From an uncultured Desulfobacter sp. (GTDB taxonomy: Bacteria > Desulfobacterota > Desulfobacteria > Desulfobacterales > Desulfobacteraceae): 24,000 nucleotides of DNA. Position 1 is the stretch's first letter, and each line of letters starts with the position of its first letter. The stretch spans positions 5,490,518 through 5,514,517 of the forward strand of contig OY781882.1 in the NCBI GenBank assembly GCA_963677125.1, read 5' to 3'. The translations under genes were made by a program, and so were the position numbers. The notes below the pieces were generated by a model. It did no database searches. It was not told the origin of the DNA and worked only from the letters and a program-made list of their open reading frames with translations. Shown here piece by piece: positions 10,527-18,737 of the stretch.

Positions 10527-10904
10527 TTAATCCAACGCAAAGGTGGTTAACCACTTAAAGGCATCATCAATGTTTCTTGCGGTTATAATATCATCAAAGC
10601 CGGTATCCAGATCCACTAACGACGCGGCAACGCCTGGTCGAAACCCTGAAAAAACCGGGGTCGTACCCATCATGGCAATGGCCCTGGCTGCATTTTTCAA
10701 GAGAGCAAATTCGTTTGAATTCAGAATTGTCACGTCAGATAGGTCGATGATGACACCTTTTGCCCGTTTTCTTGTCAGCTGTTTTAGGAGCGCTTCCCTT
10801 ATCCTTAAAATGCTGTTTTCATCCGAGTAACGGGTTAAAGATGCAATCAGGCAATTGTTGACCTGATGAATTGTTGAACCGGATGCGTTCGATGCTTCAT
10901 TCAT
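10527..10904 (-). CDS. RsbS-like STAS domain stressosome scaffold protein
   Basis: 125-aa STAS domain: CLIASLTRYSDENSILRIREALLKQLTRKRAKGVIIDLSDVTILNSNEFALLKNAARAIAMMGTTPVFSGFRPGVAASLVDLDTGFDDI. The Ser in ILNS aligns with the RsbS phospho-serine position. ATGA overlap with upstream gene (TGA 10903-10901, ATG 10904). Confidence 0.9.
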   Translation of the reverse strand: MNEASNASGSTIHQVNNCLIASLTRYSDENSILRIREALLKQLTRKRAKGVIIDLSDVTILNSNEFALLKNAARAIAMMGTTPVFSGFRPGVAASLVDLDTGFDDIITARNIDDAFKWLTTFALD

Positions 10905-11713
10905 TCATTTGCACCCTTTTGTTTTACCTTTAACCCCATCAGCCTGAACGCATCTGAAAGTGCATCCTGAAGCGTTGAATTGGTGGCGATATCCCCAAGC
11001 TCGATACCTAACTGGACAAGGGTTTCGGCAACCGCCGGGGAAATGCCGGAGATAATGCAGCGGCATCCCATCAATTTCGTGGCTTTGGCGATTTTAATCA
11101 AATGATTGGCCACAGCCGTATCCACGGCCGCCACCCCCTGGATGTCCAGGATGATCACCTTTGCCGCGGTTTCCATGATTTTGGAGAGCATGGTATTCAT
11201 CATTTGCTGGGCCCGCAGGGAGTCCACCACCCCCACCACCGGAAGAATCACGACCCTGTCCCAAAGTTTGATGGCCGGTGTTGATATCTCCATGATGGTC
11301 CGGCTCTGCTCTTTGAGTTTTTTTTCCTGCCTGACCCGCTCTGTGATATCAAGAATATATTCCAGACCGCCCACAATGTTTCCGTCCTCATCTTTCATGG
11401 CAGCCGCGGTGTATTCAATGGGGATAAATCTGTCGTTCACTTTCATTTCATTGCGGGTGGTAAAGGACTGTCCCCCTTCCATGACCTGTTTCATCCGGCA
11501 CTCTTCAGTTCCGCAATGACGCGATTGAAAGACATCACGGCATGGCATCATTTTGATCTCTTGCCAGGATTTTCCAAGCATGTTAAGTCCGGCCCTGTTT
11601 ACGAAAATGACCCTCATCTCACGGTTAACCGCCATAATCGGGGTAGGGAGCTGCTGGAGGATGTCGACTGCCAACTCTCCATCAATTTGATCGATGTCCG
11701 GATTATTCATCAC
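10901..11713 (-). CDS. RsbR-like (RsbRD/PAS-type) stressosome protein: N-terminal PAS plus C-terminal STAS
   Basis: PAS (PTPIMAVNREMRVIFVNRAGLNMLGK...GGLEYILDITER), then STAS (VVILPVVGVVDSLRAQQMMNTMLSKIMETAAKVIILDIQGVAAVDTAVANHLIKIAKATKLMGCRCIISGISPAVAETLVQLG). Both Thr positions phosphorylated in B. subtilis RsbRA (VDT and AETL) appear conserved. The listed start is GTG 11713; ATG 11710 with AAGGAG upstream is equally plausible. Confidence 0.92.
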   Translation of the reverse strand: MMNNPDIDQIDGELAVDILQQLPTPIMAVNREMRVIFVNRAGLNMLGKSWQEIKMMPCRDVFQSRHCGTEECRMKQVMEGGQSFTTRNEMKVNDRFIPIEYTAAAMKDEDGNIVGGLEYILDITERVRQEKKLKEQSRTIMEISTPAIKLWDRVVILPVVGVVDSLRAQQMMNTMLSKIMETAAKVIILDIQGVAAVDTAVANHLIKIAKATKLMGCRCIISGISPAVAETLVQLGIELGDIATNSTLQDALSDAFRLMGLKVKQKGANE

Positions 11714-12216
11714 AGATATCTCCTTCGGTTGTTGTTTGATGTTGTGATATGATCAATTACCTGACGATATATTTTTCTTTTTGCTTCATTTTTTCGGTGG
11801 TTCTGTATATGCCAAAAGGGACGTCGGCGAAAAAGAAAAAAGAAAAAGAGGGACGAAAAAGAGCCCCCATTGACATCGCTTTAACAGGCATTTATGCCCT
11901 TTTCGCTTAAACATGATGTTTGCCATAATGAATAAAAAGAATATGTTATAGAGTCAATCGATTTTTTAAAGCAAATAATGCATTCATAACATTTGGCTTT
12001 AAATCTTGCAATGTTAAAAATGAATGGTTCATCTTGGTAAGATCGCTTTTTTTTCGACCGAAAAACATGGGATGGGCTGCCGGGCGGCAAAAATTAATAT
12101 TATGTAACAGCCTGTTGAGAAAAAAATTAAAATGACTTAAACTGATCTGCAGGTAATAAATCGTACGAAAATTTATCCGGATTAATGATTCTAATGCCAT
12201 TGTTCAAGGTGTCAAA

Positions 12217-12951
12217 ATGACCAAAGATTTTAATCATTCAATTCTGATCGTTGATGATGAGGAAAAAATCGGAAAAGCACTTGAACGTCTGATCAAAAAG
12301 ACCGGTGCCCGTTCTTTTTACGCATCTTCGGGCTCCCAGGCTCTGGATTTCATCCAAACATCAGAAGAACCGCTCTCCATGATACTTTCGGACCAGAGGA
12401 TGCCGGGGATGGAAGGTACCCAGTTTTTGGAAAAGGCCAGGGCCATTACCCCGGATACCATTCGATTTCTGATTACCGGCTATGCAGATATCGATTCGGT
12501 TTCAGATGCGGTAAATCGCGGCGCGGTTCATCGGTTTATTACAAAGCCCTGGGACAATGATGATTTATTGGAGATGATTAAATCTGGGTTGCAATATTAC
12601 GAATTGGTTGTTGAGAACCGGAATTTATTTGCGCTGGCTAAAAAACAAAATATTCGCCTTTATAATTTGAGCCAGGAGCTCAAACAAAAGGCGGCAGTGC
12701 ATAAACGGGTGATTGTACGAAAAGAGAAGCAGATCGTTCAGCTGAAAAAACGATTGGCGAAAGGCATTGATGAGGCAGATTTTTTTGAGCAGATAGAAAA
12801 ATTGCTTGACGAAAATCAGATGCTTGAAAAAGATAGAATTGTGTTATGCTACTGGGCTGTAATCAAAGATTTTTTCCTGAGATTTAAAGATCTTGCTGCG
12901 CGTGACGGGTTTCTTATGCCCACAGAAACCGAACCGGACCACAAAGTGTAA
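12217..12951 (+). CDS. Response regulator: receiver domain plus C-terminal coiled coil of unknown output
   Basis: SILIVDDEEKIGKALERL...MILSDQRMPGMEGTQFLEKARAITPDTIRFLITGYAD...HRFITKPWDNDDLLEMI, then about 120 aa of charged helical sequence (KQNIRLYNLSQELKQKAAVHKRVIVRKEKQIVQLKKRL). Confidence 0.9.
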   Translation: MTKDFNHSILIVDDEEKIGKALERLIKKTGARSFYASSGSQALDFIQTSEEPLSMILSDQRMPGMEGTQFLEKARAITPDTIRFLITGYADIDSVSDAVNRGAVHRFITKPWDNDDLLEMIKSGLQYYELVVENRNLFALAKKQNIRLYNLSQELKQKAAVHKRVIVRKEKQIVQLKKRLAKGIDEADFFEQIEKLLDENQMLEKDRIVLCYWAVIKDFFLRFKDLAARDGFLMPTETEPDHKV

Positions 12952-12995
12952 TTTGATTTTGCAGTTAAGGCATTTGAGAAAGACGGGTATTTTTT

Positions 12996-15494
12996 TTGCG
13001 TTCCAGAAGCAAAGGGGCCTTTATCATCGAAACTAAACAACAGGAAAACAAAATCCTGATAATCGACCCGCAGGGTATAATTGAAAAGAAAACCGGGCTG
13101 TTATCGGAAAAAGGATTTGAGGTGGAGTGTTTTAACTCTCCCGCCGACGGCCTGGCACGTTTGGCCCAGGAGTCAGCATTCCCATATTTTCTGATTATTG
13201 AGGGATGTGTTGAAATAGAAAATGGACAAAAAACGATCCTTGCAAGGGCCAAAGAAATATCACCGGACACCCAGCGACTCTTGGTCGGAGCGCCTTTCGC
13301 ACTGCCCTCTTTTGTTAATGCGATAAATTTTGCCGGGATTCATGCGTGTCTGCCTTTGCCCTTTACGGACGAAGACCTGCTTGTTCAGGTCAGACTGCGG
13401 CATGATGAATATCTGGCCGGCAGAAAAATAAAAAGCCTCCAGAAGACGATTCAACGCCAGAATAAGCAGTTGTTTCAGATCGCTGGAAATTTGAGAAAGA
13501 AAGAGACGCTGTATGCGGAGCAGATTCAACAAAAAGAAAAGGAAATCAGAGTTCTGGAATCCAGGCTCAAAAGCCTTTTCGGGGACAATGAATTAGAATC
13601 CGGGCCAAAGCTTAAAACCCTGTTGGAAAAAGAAAATATTAGTTTAAATGCATTGGCCTTCCGGCAGGCATTTGATGATTTAAAAAAACGCGTTAGAGAC
13701 ATCTTTTTAACCATTATTTCAAAAAGCGAACAGTCTGAGGCGTTGATGCTTTCAGAAAAAGAGTTTATTCATGCCCTGGCACAACATTCTGATCAATTGG
13801 ATGAAACCATTGATACCACGGAATACGAATCCCTTGCCGGTTTGCTGACCCCGGTGCTTTTGAATTTAATGATTTGGCGGGTTAATCGTGACCCGGAAGG
13901 TATTTCGGACGAAAAACAGCAAGATGTCCTAAAATATTTCAGCATCGATTTTTTAGATAACAGGACCCAGGCTTATATTCGGCTTAACAAAGATGCTCCG
14001 GAAGGGATGACGGTTTACATGATAGAACAGCTTCTTCATAAAAACGGGATTATTTTTGGACTCATCGAAGAATCGTCCATCGAAGAATGGCTTTATGGAG
14101 ATGCCAGAACGGGAGAAAAGCTGCTTATTGCTGAGGGAAAGCAGCCTGTTTCGCCAACCCAGGGAGAAGTTCACTATTATTTCCCAAGCAATTTCAGGCG
14201 TGCAGGCAGAATAAATCCGGATGGAAGCATAGATTACAGAGACAGGGGCGAAGTGCCCCATGTGGAAGCGGGTATTATGCTGGCCTCAAAGATATTCCCT
14301 AAGCCCGGGGAACCCGGTATAGATGTTAAAGGCATGGAAATACCGGTGCCGGAGCCTGTGGATCAGGCTTTTTCCGCAGGGCCGGGTACCCGGTATAATG
14401 AAGACAAGACTGAAATTTTTTCAACCATAGGAGGTCAACCCCACTTGGATGTTATGGGGGTTGTCTCTGTTAACAAAGAATTCAGGATAAAAGGTGATGT
14501 CGGATTTGAAACCGGCAATATTGATTTCAATGGTAATGTCATTGTGCCGGGTACGGTCAAAGAAGGTTTTAAGGTTAAGTGCGTTTCACTCACAGCCAGG
14601 GAAATTTGCGGCGCACAGGTCGATGTGTCAGGAGATTTGAACGTATCAATGGGCATTGTGGATACAGATCTTATCAATGTTAAAGGCAATATCCAGGCCA
14701 AATACATTCACAATTGTACCATAAATTCCTTTGGGGATTTGACGGTGCACAAAGAGATCGTTGATTCCACCATTTATTTGAGCGGGGCCTGCGATAATGA
14801 AAGGGGCGTCATTCTTAATTCGACCCTGTCGGCAAAGGGCGGGATTAAAGCCGGTGCTGTAGGTAATGAATCTGCCGCACCATCGATTCTGACTGTTGGG
14901 GTTGATGAGCATGTAATCCGATTGGAGGATAAAATAAAATCCAGACTTACAATGAACAGGGATACGATTCATGAGCTTTCATCGGAGATCAGTCAGATGA
15001 AAGAGGTGGACAAGTGGCTTCACGGCACCATAACCGAGAATGCCCACGTTCAGGATCGGTCACTAATAGAGATTCGGGAACTTGAGAACAAAAGGGCCGC
15101 TTTGGACGGAACAAAAGATGCCGCTGAATTAAAAAGTATTTCCGATGGGATTCAAAAATTGGAAAAAAAAGCGAAATATGCAGGGGAAAAAATTAATGAA
15201 TGGTTTGAACGTCAGGACCAGATACATCATGATATTTCAGCAAAAGAGCTTAAAATCGAGGGGTTGGAAAATTTAAACAGGCTGCTTGTTGAACAATTAG
15301 AAAATCTAGAACAGATTTCAAATAAGTCCGCGTCTGTACCTGTGCTGAATATATCAAAGCACATTCAGTCCAAAACAAAAATTAAGGCCCCCCATTCGTT
15401 TAAAATCGTGGACAGGTCCTGCGCTCGATGTGACATAAGGGAAAGGAGTAAGAATGAAGGCGGCATTGTCTATTATATAATGGATATCACTTAA
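12996..15494 (+). CDS. FapA/DUF342 family protein with N-terminal pseudo-receiver domain and coiled coil
   Basis: DUF342/FapA signature: FRRAGRINPDGSIDYRDRGEVPHVEAGIMLASKIFPKPGEPGIDVKGMEIPVPEP...VNKEFRIKGDVGFETGNIDFNGNVIVPGTVKEGFKVKC...AQVDVSGDLNVSMGI...KGNIQAKYIHNCTINSFGDLTVHKEIVDSTIYLSG. The N-terminus is receiver-like (KILIIDPQG...). Codon at 12996 is TTG, and the true start is uncertain. Confidence 0.85.
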   Translation: MRSRSKGAFIIETKQQENKILIIDPQGIIEKKTGLLSEKGFEVECFNSPADGLARLAQESAFPYFLIIEGCVEIENGQKTILARAKEISPDTQRLLVGAPFALPSFVNAINFAGIHACLPLPFTDEDLLVQVRLRHDEYLAGRKIKSLQKTIQRQNKQLFQIAGNLRKKETLYAEQIQQKEKEIRVLESRLKSLFGDNELESGPKLKTLLEKENISLNALAFRQAFDDLKKRVRDIFLTIISKSEQSEALMLSEKEFIHALAQHSDQLDETIDTTEYESLAGLLTPVLLNLMIWRVNRDPEGISDEKQQDVLKYFSIDFLDNRTQAYIRLNKDAPEGMTVYMIEQLLHKNGIIFGLIEESSIEEWLYGDARTGEKLLIAEGKQPVSPTQGEVHYYFPSNFRRAGRINPDGSIDYRDRGEVPHVEAGIMLASKIFPKPGEPGIDVKGMEIPVPEPVDQAFSAGPGTRYNEDKTEIFSTIGGQPHLDVMGVVSVNKEFRIKGDVGFETGNIDFNGNVIVPGTVKEGFKVKCVSLTAREICGAQVDVSGDLNVSMGIVDTDLINVKGNIQAKYIHNCTINSFGDLTVHKEIVDSTIYLSGACDNERGVILNSTLSAKGGIKAGAVGNESAAPSILTVGVDEHVIRLEDKIKSRLTMNRDTIHELSSEISQMKEVDKWLHGTITENAHVQDRSLIEIRELENKRAALDGTKDAAELKSISDGIQKLEKKAKYAGEKINEWFERQDQIHHDISAKELKIEGLENLNRLLVEQLENLEQISNKSASVPVLNISKHIQSKTKIKAPHSFKIVDRSCARCDIRERSKNEGGIVYYIMDIT

Positions 15495-15541
15495 ATTCAT
15501 TTCCCAAACTTTTGCGATACCCTATCTGCTATTGTTGTATT

Positions 15542-15686
15542 TAGTGTCTGAACGAAAACCTGGAAATTTTGTTGAGTACAAGGCGGCCTGAAATTAAAAC
15601 CTTCGGAATACATGGCGTATTTCGAGGATTAAAATTTCAGGCCAACGCCGTAATCGGCAAAATTTACGGTTTTCGGTCGGGCACTA
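15542..15686. repeat. Long imperfect inverted repeat (145 bp, about 70-bp arms, short central loop); MITE-like or bidirectional transcription terminator
   Basis: Left arm TAGTGTCTGAACGAAAACCTGGAAATTTTGTTGAGTACAAGGCGGCCTGAAATTAAAACCTTCGGAATAC pairs with the reverse complement of the right arm, TAGTGCCCGACCGAAAACCGTAAATTTTGCCGATTACGGCGTTGGCCTGAAATTTTAATCCTCGAAATAC. Symmetric about 15614. Flanked by possible direct repeat ATTTA (15539-15543 and 15686-15690). Confidence 0.85.
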
Positions 15687-15738
15687 TTTAAGCGGGACAG
15701 GTTTACTTAACTTATAAGGGAGGAGAGACACTTCATGG

Positions 15739-16572
15739 TCAGGGACTGTCTTGATTTGATTCAAGTCCCTCCGGCAATGGAGTTACGGTCCGAATTGCAA
15801 AATGTCGGTCTTGAATTGTTGTTTTAAGTGCTCTAATACGGGCTTTACACTCGGGATGAGAGGCAAAATACGCCATGAGTCTTCCCGGATCATGGGCCGC
15901 CCCCAAGGCTTGGAAAAATTCGATGGCACCGCCGGCATGGCCATAGTAACAGACCAGGGTTTCCAGGGCCTGGGCGTCGGCCATGGCTTCCCGCTGCCTG
16001 GAATATCGGGCCTGGGTTAAATGGACACCCGGTGCCGTCAGTTGGGTGATGCTTGAACCGGACCCTGTCAAAAGTGCTGAAAGTGCTGTAAGTACAATGC
16101 CGCGGCCCATACCCCGAAGATGATCCCGATGTTTGAAATGTCCCAGTTCATGGGCCAGAACAAAGGCAATCCCGTTTTCCGAACGGATCATGTCAAAAAT
16201 GCCTGAAAACACCACAATGGTTCCTCCGGCAAGCGCCAGGGCATTGGCTGTGTCCGAGGGAATAACGATAATTTTCACAGGATAATCAACATCGCAGCAT
16301 TGTCGTAATTCATCCGTAAGATGCTGAAGCGAGGCCTGACCGCGTTGATCTTCCGGGGGGCCGAGGTTTAAAGGGATCTGGAACCGGGAAAAGATAGCAG
16401 CTTCCATTTCAGGCGAAATGCGGGCGACGGCCCAGTCCACCAGAAATCCGAGTATGAAATAGGCAAAAAGAAAAAAGGCAATTATGCCGGACAACAGCAC
16501 CAACGCCTCTTTGACCGGGCTGTCTTGGGAAATATTGTCGTTGCTTTGGGGCCGTAACGGCTTATAATCCAT
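15739..16572 (-). CDS. Membrane-anchored M48 family zinc metalloprotease
   Basis: N-terminal TM (ALVLLSGIIAFFLFAYFILGFLVDW), HExxH in VLAHELGHFKHRDHLRG, downstream REAMADAQALE (third ligand region). Start overlaps the upstream stop (TGATG at 16574-16570). Confidence 0.92.
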   Translation of the reverse strand: MDYKPLRPQSNDNISQDSPVKEALVLLSGIIAFFLFAYFILGFLVDWAVARISPEMEAAIFSRFQIPLNLGPPEDQRGQASLQHLTDELRQCCDVDYPVKIIVIPSDTANALALAGGTIVVFSGIFDMIRSENGIAFVLAHELGHFKHRDHLRGMGRGIVLTALSALLTGSGSSITQLTAPGVHLTQARYSRQREAMADAQALETLVCYYGHAGGAIEFFQALGAAHDPGRLMAYFASHPECKARIRALKTTIQDRHFAIRTVTPLPEGLESNQDSP

Positions 16573-17021
16573 CAGTTGTGTTCAAAATAAACAGCCGTGC
16601 CAAAGGCCAGGACCTCCACAGATCCTACCTGTTTTCTTTTGCCTTTGTAAATGGATGAGGTTTCCAGGCGCAGATTAATGATTTCATCTGCATCCTCGCA
16701 GGATTCATGCAGCCGCAGCAACGCTTCTCGCCGGGCCCGGTCCAACAGGGTCTCATACACGCGAACCTCTCCGCCGAAAAGATTGCGTAAGCCCGCAACA
16801 ATGCGTTTGAAATAATCCACGGAAATGACCACATTGCCGGAAACCAGTTCGCTTTTTTGGATGGCACGCGTTGAATCGCTGACCGTTTTATAGGTGCTGG
16901 CCGGCCGGGTCATCCAGAACTGTTCCCGTTCTTCAATGGACCGGTAGTGCTTTGATTCAGCCATGCGACCGAAAAAATAACCCAGCATGATCAAAACGAT
17001 AAAAATTATGAGTTGTTCCAT
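16572..17021 (-). CDS. Membrane-anchored YbjQ/UPF0145-family domain protein
   Basis: N-terminal TM (MEQLIIFIVLIMLGYFFGRM), then SGNVVISVDYFKRIVAGLRNLFGGEVRVYETLLDRARREALLRLHESCEDADEIINLRLETSSI...VEVLAFGTAVYFE, colinear with the neighbouring YbjQ protein. Confidence 0.82.
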   Translation of the reverse strand: MEQLIIFIVLIMLGYFFGRMAESKHYRSIEEREQFWMTRPASTYKTVSDSTRAIQKSELVSGNVVISVDYFKRIVAGLRNLFGGEVRVYETLLDRARREALLRLHESCEDADEIINLRLETSSIYKGKRKQVGSVEVLAFGTAVYFEHN

Positions 17022-17024
17022 GGC

Positions 17025-17339
17025 TTACTCCACTGTAACGGCTGTACCGTAGACGTAAAGTTCTGCCGCTCCTGCCGTTACGGAAGAGGTTGAAAACCGG
17101 ACATTGACAACGGCATTGGCGCCCATCTGTGCGGCCTGGGAAAGCATCCGCTCAATGGCCTGTTCCCGGGATTCCTGCAAAAGCTCGGTGTACCCCTTAA
17201 GCTCGCCGCCGAAAATGTTCTTTAACGAGGCCATCAGATCCCGGCCTAAATGTTTTGCCCGCACCGTACTTCCTGAAACCACACCATGAAATGCAGTTGT
17301 TTTTTTACCTGGGATTTCTTCCGTGTTTGTCATTAACAT
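17025..17339 (-). CDS. YbjQ/UPF0145 family protein
   Basis: VVSGSTVRAKHLGRDLMASLKNIFGGELKGYTELLQESREQAIERMLSQAAQMGANAVVNVRFSTSSVTAGAAELYVYGTAVTVE is a characteristic YbjQ pattern. Confidence 0.9.
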   Translation of the reverse strand: MLMTNTEEIPGKKTTAFHGVVSGSTVRAKHLGRDLMASLKNIFGGELKGYTELLQESREQAIERMLSQAAQMGANAVVNVRFSTSSVTAGAAELYVYGTAVTVE

Positions 17340-17440
17340 CTTTTTTCTCCTGGATTTTTTTTATCGCGTCTGAATTTTAAGAAATATGATGTTTTATTTT
17401 GGATGGCCGTTCGCAAGATGTCAAGAAAAATAGGATCAGT

Positions 17441-18520
17441 TTAATTGTGTGACGCTGCGGCTGCAGCTCGTCGGGCACTGACCAGCGCCCCTTCAAGGTA
17501 GCCGCCGAATTGGCCCGCGGTCTCACTGCCTGCAAAGTGCAGTGTGTTGTTCCAGATGCTTGTTTTCCCGCCTGGCGGATAGAATTCAGGATGGTTGTGA
17601 CAGGATTTTTTGTCGTATTCCGTGGCCGTAAACGATTCTAAAGCCCAGTCCTGGTAATACAGTTCCAAGGGCTGTGCCGCATCGGGCCCGAACAGCTGCA
17701 CAAGCTGGGCAAGAATGGCCCGGGACATGGTGTTTTTGTCCTTCCTTCTCAGGGCTGGGATGCCGGCAAAGCCTGTCAACCCATAGGGGTGATCACCAGT
17801 GGCAGACCCGTCATGGATCTCCCCGAGGGGACCGCGTTGGCTGAATGCCTGTCCGGAAAGTCCCATGTTTCGCCAGGCTGCCTTATTATACAGGGCAAAA
17901 AATTTGGCATGCCCGGCCATCCAGGTGGATGCCTTAAGCATAGCCTGGGCCAGGGCATGGGACAGATCCGGTGTAAATAAAATGGACCGGGCCGCAAGTC
18001 GGGGCGGCAGGGCAAGAATGATGTTGGATGCGGTTAATTCACAACGAGGCGGCTGGTCAAGATGCCCCACCTTTACCCTGCACCCATTGTCCTGGCGCTG
18101 GATTTCACAAACCGGATGATCCAGGCGGATAACCTGTCGATTAATTTGCGCCAACAGACCTTTGATAAGGGCCATCATGCCGCCTTCAAGGCGGAAGGCC
18201 GGCGGTTCCATGGGGCAGCCGGACACGGTCTGGACATCGCCTGCTTTGGTTTCAAATAAGGCAAGGCCCTGTTCAAACTGGGGATATCTTTTTAATCCCA
18301 GATTTTTTACCAGGGCGGATACTTCCGGATTGACCATGGGCCAGAACCAAGACGGCCCCAAGTCGGCAAAAAAAGTTTGATGGTTTGGACATAAAATTCT
18401 ACCCCCGATTCTGGATCTGGCTTCCAGAACAAGAACGGATCTGTTTTGCCTCATAAGGTGGGCGGCGCAGGCAATACCGCTTAATCCTGCCCCAATAATT
18501 ATTGTATCAACGTGTTCCAT
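17441..18520 (-). CDS. FAD-dependent flavin monoamine oxidase-like protein
   Basis: N-terminal dinucleotide-binding motif DTIIIGAGLSGIACAAHLMRQNRSVLVLEARSRIGGRI, with C-terminal FAD motif LHFAGSETAGQFGGYLEGALVSARRAA. Confidence 0.9.
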   Translation of the reverse strand: MEHVDTIIIGAGLSGIACAAHLMRQNRSVLVLEARSRIGGRILCPNHQTFFADLGPSWFWPMVNPEVSALVKNLGLKRYPQFEQGLALFETKAGDVQTVSGCPMEPPAFRLEGGMMALIKGLLAQINRQVIRLDHPVCEIQRQDNGCRVKVGHLDQPPRCELTASNIILALPPRLAARSILFTPDLSHALAQAMLKASTWMAGHAKFFALYNKAAWRNMGLSGQAFSQRGPLGEIHDGSATGDHPYGLTGFAGIPALRRKDKNTMSRAILAQLVQLFGPDAAQPLELYYQDWALESFTATEYDKKSCHNHPEFYPPGGKTSIWNNTLHFAGSETAGQFGGYLEGALVSARRAAAAASHN

Positions 18521-18555
18521 AAATTTTTAAAATCCACTGGCGTGAACGAATACTG

Positions 18556-18576
18556 CCAAAGGTTATGCGCCTTTGG
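18556..18576. promoter_or_regulatory. Perfect inverted repeat CCAAAGG-TTATGCG-CCTTTGG in divergent intergenic region (candidate operator or hairpin)
   Basis: Read directly: CCAAAGG 18556-18562, CCTTTGG 18570-18576, 7-nt spacer, between divergent genes at 18520 and 18787. Confidence 0.4.
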
Positions 18577-18714
18577 AATTGAAAAAGCAACGATTTTGAC
18601 AATGGATGTACCGGCATCAACATCAGTCCTGCCAATCCGAAACGCTTGGGTTAAATCATTTTTTCCTTTTTTCAACTCTGTTTTTTCAATTACTTATATG
18701 ATATGTTTTTTTGC

Positions 18715-18737
18715 TTTATCAGGATGGTAGTGATAAA
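18715..18737. promoter_or_regulatory. Perfect inverted repeat TTTATCA-N9-TGATAAA upstream of the three-gene operon (candidate operator)
   Basis: Read directly: TTTATCA 18715-18721 and TGATAAA 18731-18737, about 50 bp upstream of ATG 18787. Confidence 0.35.

Noticed and set aside
11993-12014. Possible sigma-54 promoter (TTGGCTTTAAATCTTGCAAT)
   Set aside because: Spacing between GG and GC is 11 nt rather than the required 10, and the match to TGGCAC is poor.
12077-12088. Short palindrome TGCCGGGCGGCA followed by AAAA
   Set aside because: Five-bp stem with 2-nt loop; too small to be a credible terminator or regulatory hairpin.
11881-12200. Two small minus-strand ORFs (69 and 84 aa) in the 11714-12216 intergenic region
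   Set aside because: AT-rich noncoding-like composition, overlap each other in different frames, no RBS or domain.
18596-18624. TTGACA as a -35 box upstream of the orphan operon
   Set aside because: The hexamer at 17-bp spacing (AACATC) is a poor -10 and lies far from the start codon.
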